12,995 nt of DNA from the NCBI GenBank assembly GCA_037447605.1, contig JBBHKD010000043.1, forward strand, positions 1 through 12,995, written 5' to 3'. Source of the DNA: Zygnema circumcarinatum SAG 698-1b. Taxonomy: Eukaryota; Plantae; Zygnematophyceae. The notes below the pieces were generated by a model, which was given only the letters and a program-made list of their open reading frames with translations, made no database searches and was not told the origin of the DNA. The translations under genes and the position numbers were made by a program. Of this stretch, positions 1 through 7,998 are shown one piece after another. The number at the start of each line of letters is the position of its first letter. Positions within the stretch are counted from its first letter, which is position 1.

Positions 1-385
1 CGATTCAGTTTTGTGTGCTGTTGTTAATCTTTAGCTGCAAGTTATCAAGCGTAGCTATTGAACTTCACGAGGAAGCTGATGCTAGATGTTATTTGAACAT
101 TACACTTCTTTGTCTTTGCGAGGTAGTAGGCTTTGGGTTTGTGGGCTATTTACAGGAGGGTCTCTCATTTTGTGTTGACAAGATTGTGTGGGTTTTCGGC
201 TTCTCCCCATCCTTTTCTCTCTGTTATTCCGCTGTGCATGTCCCGAGAGGAGTTCACTCTGTGAGTAAAACTAGGTATGAGTGAATGTGAAGTTTGGAAA
301 TGTATCCCATCGATTGAGCCTTGAGAACTCAGGTGAGGAGGTGATGCGAGTGGAAGCGGCGGCGGTGGAGGTCCCTCCACCAACA
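1..385 (+). repeat. 3' portion of an LTR of copia family A (solo LTR or 3' LTR of an upstream element; truncated by the window edge)
   Basis: Colinear similarity to ~1985-2374 and ~7400-7797 (shared blocks such as TGTTAATCTTTA, TTGTCTTTGC, GAGGGTCTC, CATCCTTTTCTCTCT, GGAAATGT, CATCGATTG). Ends in canonical ...CCACCAACA at 385. No PBS or gag follows. Confidence 0.9.
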
Positions 386-387
386 CC

Positions 388-425
388 ACGACCGTACGAC
401 CGTACGAGTACGGTCGTACGGTCGT
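388..425. repeat. Perfect inverted repeat, 18-bp arms with 2-nt spacer, built from an 8-bp tandem unit
   Basis: ACGACCGTACGACCGTAC (388-405), GA, then GTACGGTCGTACGGTCGT (408-425), which is the exact reverse complement. Confidence 0.95.
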
Positions 426-890
426 ACCATACCAAAATTAGGTCGTTGTAGCGTAACGGAGCTGCGTTCGACGGATTTGCGTCAGTTCAGTTGTACTTGA
501 CGTATGCCTCTTGGGTGTCGCGGATCAGCGGAATCGGGAAACCCGCGCGGAGATTGAGAGGCGAGGCATGGTTGGCGGCTTGCGGGCAGCACCATCCAGC
601 GAGCGCACTCAGAACGCTTTGAGGCGCCGATTACATAAATTTAATTCCGGTACCTATAAGAAGCTCGCGTAGTCGGTCCGAGGCCTCGTGGGCAGTTAGC
701 CCAGCCAGAGGCTATCCTTGGGAGCTTCAAGATCTGTGCTTGGTGTGCATGCAGTGGGATGTCGGTGATGCTTGTTTGTCTTTTAGTGCTGGGCTTGAAG
801 TATTTTAAACTTTGCTGTGTGGTTTTGTTGTCTTACATTTCTTAACTCTTAGCAGCTATATGTGATTCACAGCCGGCAGATGCTAGAGTA

Positions 891-916
891 AGAGAGAGAG
901 AGAGAGAGAGAGAGAG
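891..916 (+). repeat. (AG)13 microsatellite
   Basis: Direct reading. Confidence 0.97.
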
Positions 917-932
917 TTCCATGCCACTAGAT

Positions 933-952
933 AGAGAGAGAGAGAGAGAGAG
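933..952 (+). repeat. (AG)10 microsatellite
   Basis: Direct reading; followed by a short (TTC)3 run. Confidence 0.97.
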
Positions 953-1348
953 AAAAGAGTCTTCTTCTTGCTGATAGCATTTAGGCGTCCCATTTATTGA
1001 TTAGACCTGGTGCAGTGAGAAGACAATTTCATTGTGGCTGACATTCCCGATAGTAACTTGTGGGTAGGGTGAGTTTCGAAACACACGCCCCTCTAAGTTG
1101 TGTCCTGTTTTTCCCTCTGTCCTCTATGCCAAGCCCTATCTTTGCCTGTCTGCTTGCATTTGCTCTTGGCGCTGACCCGATGATCATTAGAAGCCTGGTA
1201 GAGACTAGCCCGAGGGGCAGGAGGTCCCCAAGGAAGGGCTGCTGCGCATCAAGTCCGGCCCAGCCGGTGGAGCGTCTTAGAATCCTACGTCTTCCGCTCT
1301 TGGCATTACCTGGGGTCCCGGGATCCTGGCTCACATCTTTGCGGGGCA

Positions 1349-2374
1349 CGTAAGTGTATGATAGTTAGCATGTTTTGTTGGAACATTAGTTTTGTGTGTT
1401 TGTGTTGTGTGTTTCCTTGGCGGTGGCTTAATGGCAATGCGGACGGCTAGTGGGGAGGTGAAGCGCTTGGCCTTGTGAGCCAGTAGCCAGCGGCCGCGAC
1501 AGTAAAATGGCGTCGCAGCGAGGGCACTTGCTTGAGCAGCGGGAAGCAGTGGAGAAATAATGGCGCGGCAGCAAATCTGCCTTGCCGAATGGCGGAAACA
1601 ACAGCGGCGGCGTGTGCCGCGTTGAGCGATTCCGGACTTGGCAGCGATGCGGCGTCAAAATGTCGTATAGCGATTCATCATTATGTGGGCGGCGGCGTGA
1701 GGATATGCGGTGGCGCGGCAGCCCGGAGGATTTGGCAGCGTCATCAATCTTTGGAAGCGAGGGTCAAGATCCCTCTGAGGCGCCAAAAAGGCGGTAAGAT
1801 TAGCTGAGGCATTCCGGTCGGCGGAAGCGTCAGGAGGATTCAGGTATGTGGCCGAGGATCGGCGGCGCGGGATAGAAGGTCCGGGATAGGGCCGCCCCGA
1901 GGTCCTTGCTTGATGTTGTAATTTCGTTGTATGGTAGTGTATCGCGGATGTTGTGACATAGGTATATAGTGTGTTGTTTTGTTTGGTTGTTAATCTTTAA
2001 CCCGATTATCCGCGTAGCTATTGTGAACTCACGAGGCGTCTTGGTGTTGCTTGAACATTACACTTGCTTGTCTTTGCTTGAGGGTGAGTGGGCTTTTGGA
2101 GTTTGTGTGGGCTACCTGTTATTTGAGGAGGGTCTCTTAATTTTTGTGCTGACAAGATTATTATTAAGGAGTTTTAGAGCCTAGAGCTTTCTCCTATCCT
2201 TTTCTCTCTGTTATTCCGCTGTGCATATTATGAGAGGTTCACTCTGTTAGTAAAATGGGCTATATGAGTGAATGTTAGATTTTGGGAAATGTCATCATCG
2301 ATTGGAGCAGCGAGCTCAGTGGGAAGGTGATGCGGTGGGCTGAGCAGCGGTGGAGGAGTCCACTCTGCACAGCA
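1349..2374 (+). repeat. 5' LTR of copia A
   Basis: Similarity to 6728-7797 begins at (C)GTAAGTGTATGATAGTT vs TGTTGAGTGTATGATAGTT, continues through TGTTGGAACATTAGTTTTGT and a GC-rich block, and ends ...CACAGCA vs ...CACCAGCA / ...CACCAACA. Ends approximate. Confidence 0.88.
1963..1968 (+). promoter_or_regulatory. Putative TATA box of copia A 5' LTR
   Basis: GTATATAG downstream of GATGTTGTGACAT, conserved at the equivalent position in the 3' LTR (7376-7381). Confidence 0.55.
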
Positions 2375-2392
2375 AGTGAGCCTCCCGAGCTC

Positions 2393-3270
2393 ATGGAGAC
2401 TCGGAGGACCACGTCAAGTTCAGCATACCGGCGTTCGATGGGCAGGATTACAAAGCGTGGAGATGGAGGTTGGTGCCATTGCTTGTGGGCAAAGGGTTGC
2501 TTGGGTACGTTGATGGCAGCATCAAGGCGCCGGAGTTACCGGTTGGAGCCTCAGCGGAGCAGCAGTCGGAGCACGACGTGGCGCTCGCACGATGGAAGGC
2601 CAAGGTCAACAAATACGGCAGAATTGTTATGGCGTAAAGAGGAAGTCAAATCCTCTATGTTTGTATGATCTGAAAGCTCATCTTTATGCTGGAAGTGTCT
2701 AGAGGAGATGTATGATATGAAAGACAATGTGACTATAGTCAGTCTTTACACTCGGCTAGGCAAGATGAAAGACAAACCCGGAGGAGAAGCTAGAAGCACT
2801 ATGGTCGGGTGATGCATTGTCTGGGAGAGGTTCATAGCCCTTAGGGAAACCGTTAGATCACGGACCATACGCAGATAAGCCTTGATTTACTGCAGGGGTT
2901 TGCGGGAGATTCGAAGTTTCGGTGTTAAGCGGGGACGATTACGACTGACCACCTGTGGCCAGCTTGAACAAGTTAAAGCGTAGGATAAAGGAGGAGAGTT
3001 CGATTGAGGGGATATGCGGCCAAGAAGAAGGTACTCGCGTTTTTGCACTCGACCGAATCGAGAAGGAGGCGCCCGAGATCAGCCGAGGGAGAACGCTCGA
3101 ATGTGACATGCTTCACGTGGCAGACCGACACTACTCGGCAGCGTTTCCAAGAACAGCGGTCGAGGGAGAAACAGCGACTTCATCGCAAGAAGGAGAAGCG
3201 GCGTTGACGGCACTGTTTCCAAGTGCAAAAGAAGAAGAAGACCTAAGAGTTCAGGCTACCAGTACTTGAT
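2393..3270 (+). pseudogene. gag: Copia gag remnant (N-terminal motif, UBN2-type capsid region, CCHC zinc knuckle)
   Basis: ATG at 2393. A different frame reads IPAFDGQDYKAWRWRLVPLLVGKGLLGYVDGSI (FDG at 2434), the typical copia gag N-terminus. WKCLEEMYDMKD..IVSLYTRLGKMK at ~2690-2770. Frameshifted knuckle CFT(W)..(G)HYSAA(F)P at 3109-3149. Confidence 0.85.
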
Positions 3271-3339
3271 TGAAACAACCTCGTCTTTGAAGGAGCTGCG
3301 AGCACGATTTTTGTGCGGGAAGGATTGACGGAACTGGCG

Positions 3340-3600
3340 GCGTGGCTGATTGACTCGGCGCTTCCACGCGCGCATATGTGCGGGAACCATGATGTTCTCC
3401 AAGCTCGACAGCGGAAGGCTTCGCTGGTTCATTATTTGGCCGGTGGAAGGAGTCGCGTGGCGGAGGTGGGCGTGAGGATGGTCCTGGAGGCGGCTTCGGT
3501 CATGTTAGAGGCGATGTTGAGGAGAAGCGCACATTGGTGATGTTCTTCACACCCACGGCCTCATAAGAATTTCCGTATGCAGCCGAGCCAAGTGTGCAGA
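3340..3600 (+). pseudogene. pol: Copia aspartic protease remnant
   Basis: WLIDS...HMCG from 3343 matches the copia W.xDSGAS.HM motif, with small indels in the GAS part. Confidence 0.8.
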
Positions 3601-3764
3601 AAGGGATCTGATGTTACTGTTTTGAGGGAGAGGAGTCATGCGTGGCTATCCACTTTCAGCAGGAGGCAATTTATTCGGGGGTTACTTATGAGAGAGGAGG
3701 TACATGTATTATCTTGATTGAGAGGGAGAATCATGAGGAGGCTGAATCTTGATTTAGGAATACG

Positions 3765-4640
3765 GCGTGTGGCATGTGGAAGCTGTGGTCAAACACCAGA
3801 GAGCATGAAGGCTACATTGGCGAGAGAGGAGCTGAAGTAGTAGGCTGGAACACGATTATGAAATATGGAGGAGTTGGGGAGTTTAAAGTGAATGTGTGGA
3901 GGGCAAGGCGCACAGGAGACCATTCGTGAAGAGTGGAGACGAGTCCTATCGAGCGCGAGAAAAGTTGGAATTGGTACATTCTGACTTGTGTGGCCCAGTT
4001 ACACCGGCGACCAGTGGCGGAGCGCGGTACTTCGTCACCTTCCTTGACGACTATTCGAGGAAGATTTGGATCACACTCACGAGAAGAACAAGTCGAGAGA
4101 GGAGCTTTGGTACTTCGAGGCCCATGAACCAAGCGAGGAAACGAGAGCGAGGCCCCGGCTGAGAAGCTTTCGTTGAGGAACAATGGCGCGGGGGCTAAAT
4201 GAGAAGAATTGGCGGCATTTGAAAAACAGCGGTATAAAGAGCATAGATTCACCCCCTGTTCCTGAGTAATGGAGCAGCTGAACGTGTGAATAGGACATTG
4301 GGGGACATGGCCAGGACCATGTTGATTGATTCCCCCTTTCCGGCTTCCTTTTGGGGAGAAGCGATTTCCTAAAACACTTACATTTAGAGCAGATATCGAA
4401 GTGTACATTAAGAAGACCGGGTGATGTGGAGTGGGAGGCCTGATTTCCACCCCGAGGACCTTTGGCGCGATCTTTGGTACACCTTGCCCAAAGGCAGCGA
4501 CGAGAAGAAGAAACCCGACCCCGAGCACGTGGAGGGCTCGTGCTACGGCTCACAACACGGCGGCCCGCACCTCACGGGGTTTGGAACCGCCTCGGCGAAG
4601 GAAGTTCTCGGGCGAGGAACATTACAGTTGATGAAGATAG
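3765..4640 (+). pseudogene. pol: Copia integrase remnant (GAG-pre-integrase zinc-binding part and rve core)
   Basis: VWH (~3766). EGKAHRRPF...ELVHSDLCGP..SGGARYFVTFLDDYSRKIW (ORF 3896-4162). NGAAERVNRTL (4268-4300). MARTMLIDSPFPASFWGEA. RNITVDE (~4615-4635, the SRDV.FDE motif). Confidence 0.92.
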
Positions 4641-5148
4641 TGTTGTTGAGCGTGTTGCAGACTCTCAGATCTTACCTCCGTCGAAGACCGACCTCGAGAT
4701 CGTGTACGAGGAGGGAGAGACAGTTGGAGAGAAGGGTGGTGCTGTGCAGGGTGCCAGCACGTCGGCGAATGAAGGAGCCGAGCCAGCGGCAGCGACAAGC
4801 GAGCCGGCTGATGATGGAGAGACGCCCGTGGAGGCGCATGCGGAGGAGCCGCAAAGTTCAGCGGAGACGATTCCCCTTCACACTCACTCCAGTGGTGAAG
4901 AGGAGAACTCAGTGGAGACGGTCCCGCTTCACGCGCAAGATTCAGAGGATCTTGAAGCGGCCGAGAGGGAGGCAATGTTAGCGAACATGCCCCCAGGTTT
5001 TGTTCCCGGACTCTACTTCTACCCGAGAGGACGAAGTGCGAAAGGCGATCCGGGCTGGCCCGGCAGGCGGCAGGAGTTTCGCTGGCCTGTCGATCAAGAG
5101 AGTGCCGCCAGGGTCAGTGACCTTGTAAGGAGGTGCCCGCTGACATGA
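4462..5148 (+). other. Open reading segment covering the integrase end and the acidic IN-RT linker of copia A (not an independent gene)
   Basis: 228-aa ORF containing SRARNITVDED, followed by an E/A/S-rich low-complexity region and YPRGRS..PGW, ending just before the RT N-terminal EP.TF motif. Confidence 0.75.
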
Positions 5149-5149
5149 T

Positions 5150-6200
5150 TACGAGCCCGCAGACCTTTGAGGCGCCGCAGCCAGGTCGATGGCGATAAAT
5201 GGCGGGTTGCGATTGATAGCGAATGGGACAGCCTGATCGAGAATGGCACGTGGAGATTGGAGGAGCTGCCTCAAGGGAGGCGAGCTATTGGCTGCAAATG
5301 GGTCTTCAAAGTCGAAGGAAGAAGCGGGGCGGAGCGTGGATGGAGTACAAAGCGCGGTTAGTGGCGGCAGAAAGGATCACGGCGGCCGGTATGGGATTGG
5401 CCCACATGAGGCGTTAAACTCCCGGTGGTAGTTGATTCACGAGAGCCTTGATTTCCATTACTGGCCGGTGAAGGAATGCAAGAATCCATCAGTCCGGACA
5501 TCAAGGCGGCGACTACGTAGCATGGTGATCTCGGGAAGATTTACATGGGCGGCGGAGGAAGGTCGTTCGGGAAGGAGCACCTAGTCGTCGGCCGTGCGAA
5601 GAGCACATGCGGCTTAGGCGGCCAGGAAGTGTGGTGCGAGAAAAGTTGTGATCTTTTTGAGGAGGAATGACTTTGCCGGTTTGAGGCGAGTCATTGATTA
5701 ATAAGAGTCAAGGAGAAATGGAACATCATATTCCGTTGGGATGCATGTCGGCGATCTCATCATAGTGAGAGCCTTGAAGAATCCGGATCTTTGAAGGAAT
5801 TGCTTGAGCAAATTTAAATATATGCGGTCACGGGAGAGCGCGATATCTGGCGAGAATCGTGAAGAGGCGGGGATGGAAGCTTGTTTCTATGTCAAAGGAA
5901 GTATGCCGGATGGCCTTGCCGAATTTCGAATGGAGGATCTTGAGCGTGTTCCGGCCCATGGAGATAGGCACTAGGCTTTCGAAGGAGATGTCACCTTCGT
6001 CAGATGCGGAGGCACAAAAGATGTTCGGAGTGCCATACAGATCCGCGATTGGGAGTCTAATGTACTTGATGATCGGAACGCGTCCGGACTTGGCGAAAGC
6101 GGTGAGCTCGGCGAGCCGATTCGCATGGAGAATAGAGACACCGAGCATTGGGAAGCGCGATGAAAGTTTTGAATATGTGAAGGGGCGGCTTCGATTCACG
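5150..6200 (+). pseudogene. pol: Copia reverse transcriptase remnant (RVT_2 type)
   Basis: KWRVAIDSEWDSLIENGTWRLEELPQGRRAIGCKWVFKV; YKARLVA (5346); DIKAA; catalytic YVDD appears as HVGDLI (5744-5761); VPYRSAIGSLMYLMIGTRPDLAKAVS (~6030-6107). Confidence 0.92.
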
Positions 6201-6249
6201 GAATCCAGAGTATGAGAGAGGGTAGCGAGTGATTGAGCCTCTGAGACTT

Positions 6250-6712
6250 CGAATTAGGGGAGGAGATGTAAAATCGTCCGCGCTTCGACTTCGGGTTTCG
6301 TTACGAATGGAGGGAGGAGCGATTTCGTGGAGTTCCAAGTTCTGCGGGACTTCGGTGGCGTTATAGAACACGGGCGGGGAGTACGTGAGTGCTTGTCATG
6401 CTTGAGAAGGAAGGAGTGTGGTTAAATGCGAGTTCTTAACTTTGAAATAGAGAAGGGATAACGACGATTACATATTTACCGACAATCAATGCGTCGATTG
6501 CCACGGTAGGCTCACATGTTCCCTGAGAGGACCAACACATTGGTGCGGTACCATTATGTCGCGGGAGTTGGCCGAGGGAGGGCTTGATTGAGGTGAAGTT
6601 CATGAGGCACCAAGGAGGCTTGAGGCCTTGAGATATGCTAGCTTTCTAAAGTTAGTGGGAAACACTATTAGTCAGCGGGGAGGTTGATTGGTGAGGGCAG
6701 CGCCAAAACTAA
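6250..6712 (+). pseudogene. pol: Copia RNase H remnant
   Basis: WSSK...VAL....EYVSACHA (EYV 6379-6387); IFTDNQ (DNQ 6481-6489); RT.HI..RYHYV (RYHYV 6546-6560). A TAA at 6710-6712 lies just before the PPT. Confidence 0.85.
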
Positions 6713-6717
6713 GTTCC

Positions 6718-6726
6718 AAGAGGGGA
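6718..6726 (+). other. Polypurine tract of copia A
   Basis: AAGAGGGGA, one T, then TGTTG at the 3' LTR start (6728). Confidence 0.9.
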
Positions 6727-6727
6727 T

Positions 6728-7797
6728 TGTTGAGTGTATGATAGTTGTATGTTTGTTGGAACATTAGTTTTGTATGTTTGGTGTTTGTATGTGTTTCCTT
6801 GCTTGGATGCGGCAGTTAGTAACAAGCGGCGGTGGACATTTGGTCCCGATTGGAAGGCGGCGGTCCGGGGAAGTGGCCGGTGGCGGTGGCGAGGCCAGGA
6901 GCGAAAAAGAAAGAAATGGCGTATAAGCTGGCCCGGGCCAGCGGCCGGCGGGAAGCGGAGAATTGAAAGATATGTGAAACCTTGTAGCGAATCTGTAGCC
7001 TTGATCCCGGAAGTGGCCGGCCTTGGCGTCAACCTTTGGATGAAGCGATTGAACTTTGGCGTCGCGGCGTCAAAATATATGGCGCCGGGCCATCATTATG
7101 CAGGCCGTCGGAGATATGCGGTGGCGTGCGGCAGCCTTGTGATTTAGCCAGCGTCATCAATACTGGAAGCGAGAATTGAATCCCTACGGCGCCAAAACGT
7201 AGATAGAAACGAAGTCGGCGAATGCAGCCAGGAGAAGCTTGTCTGGGGATCCGTGAGCAAGCGAGGATCCAGCAGCCTTGAGGATGAGAGAGGATCGGGA
7301 TAGGGCCCTTCTTGGTGTCATTGCTTATGTTATGAAGCTTAAGTTGTATGGTAGTATGCGGATGTTGTGACATTGTATATAGATAATATGTTGAAACGAC
7401 GTTTGTTAATCTTTAACCGATTATCAAGCATGCTTCATATGAACTTCGAGAAAGGCGATGCTAGGTATTCTTGGTGCGTACACTTACTTGTCTTTGCGAG
7501 TAGTAGGCTTTGCAAGTTTATTATACTTAGGCTATTTGAGAGGGTCTCATTTTGTGTTGGCTCAGGTATTATTAAAGGAGTTTTAGAAGCGAGAGCTTTT
7601 TCTCCCCCCATCCTTTTCTCTCTACATTGTCAGCGTGCATATTACGAGAGGTTCACTGCAGCGTAGTAAAATGGGCTATGAGGTGAATATGTGAGAGTTT
7701 AGAGAGAAATGTCATCATCGATTGGAGCGAACTCCGTCTGGAAGGTGATCACGGGAGGTGGAAGCGGCCGGCGGTGGAGAATCCCACTCCACCAGCA
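6728..7797 (+). repeat. 3' LTR of copia A
   Basis: Starts TGTTG after the PPT, is colinear with 1349-2374 and 1-385, has TATATA at 7376-7381 and ends ...CTCCACCAGCA. Confidence 0.92.
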
Positions 7798-7907
7798 AGA
7801 CCTGGCACCACCCAACCCTCACGTCCGGTTCCAGCGGAACACAGCGGTGGCACGTCACGGCCTAGCGGCTAGCTTTCAGCCCGATCTTTGTTTAACCCCA
7901 CTTATCT

Positions 7908-7928
7908 TGGTATGAGGCCGAAGGTTTT
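7908..7928 (+). other. Degenerate tRNA-iMet primer-binding site of the gypsy element
   Basis: TGGTATGAGGCCGAAGGTTTT resembles the complement of the plant initiator tRNA 3' end (TGGTATCAGAGCCAGGTTT) but needs several indels. It lies ~85 nt upstream of the likely gag ATG. Confidence 0.45.
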
Positions 7929-7985
7929 GCAGTCCACGTACCTGTTCACGGTAAAGAAACACCCGATCACATGACCCGTGTCACG

Positions 7986-7998
7986 GCCGCCACCATGG
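7986..7998 (+). promoter_or_regulatory. Strong Kozak context at the probable gag start codon (ATG 7995)
   Basis: GCCGCCACCATGG read directly. The frame closes after 15 codons, but acidic coding-like sequence continues in neighbouring frames. Confidence 0.45.

Larger units (their letters stand above)
430..1348 (+). repeat. Non-coding segment; candidate left part of the Ty3/gypsy 5' LTR, split by the copia A insertion
   Basis: No credible ORF. TATAA at 655-659, (AG)n tracts and a possible TGTCGC start at 516. The DNA on the other side of copia A (7798-7902) leads directly into a PBS-like site and gypsy gag. No second LTR copy in the window to confirm. Confidence 0.3.
1349..7797 (+). mobile_element. 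Full-length Ty1/copia LTR retrotransposon (family A), coding region disrupted by many frameshifts
   Basis: Two ~1.0-1.07-kb direct LTRs flank gag, protease, integrase, RT and RNase H motifs in copia order (IN before RT). A PPT precedes the 3' LTR. No clean TSD at the predicted ends (GGGCA vs AGACC). Confidence 0.93.

Noticed and set aside
388-427. CRISPR-like repeat
   Set aside because: Single palindrome, no repeat-spacer array, no cas genes, eukaryotic TE context.
388-441. Helitron 3' end (hairpin followed ~12 nt later by TTAG)
   Set aside because: The terminus is TTAG followed by G, not CTRR followed by T. The stem is a tandem-derived palindrome, and there is no Rep/helicase evidence.
1029-1353. 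Overlapping ORFs of 106 aa (-) and 97 aa (+) ending or starting at the copia A junction, as a disrupted host gene
   Set aside because: Non-ATG starts, no recognisable domain, and no continuation evident on the other side of the element.
3812-4975. Long antisense ORFs (238, 158 and 117 aa) as accessory genes
   Set aside because: They lie opposite integrase and linker sequence, have no domain signature, and are expected shadows in GC-rich coding DNA.
5744-5758. HVGD in place of YVDD as a novel RT active-site variant
   Set aside because: The surrounding sequence is heavily damaged, so a lesion or base-calling error is the simpler explanation.
6709-7666. ORFs after RNase H (104-137 aa) as an env-like gene
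   Set aside because: They fall inside the 3' LTR, and their equivalents are not conserved in the 5' LTR copy.
7804-7808. GGCAC matching 1345-1349 as the copia A target-site duplication
   Set aside because: It lies 6 nt beyond the LTR end defined by the other two copies, and a 5-mer match at this offset can occur by chance. Not excluded if the junction contains errors.
7803-7813. TGGCACCACCC as a PBS, making 6728-7797 the 5' LTR of a copia/gypsy chimera
   Set aside because: No convincing tRNA complement beyond TGGCAC. This LTR is preceded by a proper PPT, and a better Met-like PBS lies at 7908.
7986-7998. Perfect Kozak consensus as a sign of vector or synthetic contamination
   Set aside because: No flanking vector, tag or cloning-site sequence; it sits where a gag start is expected.
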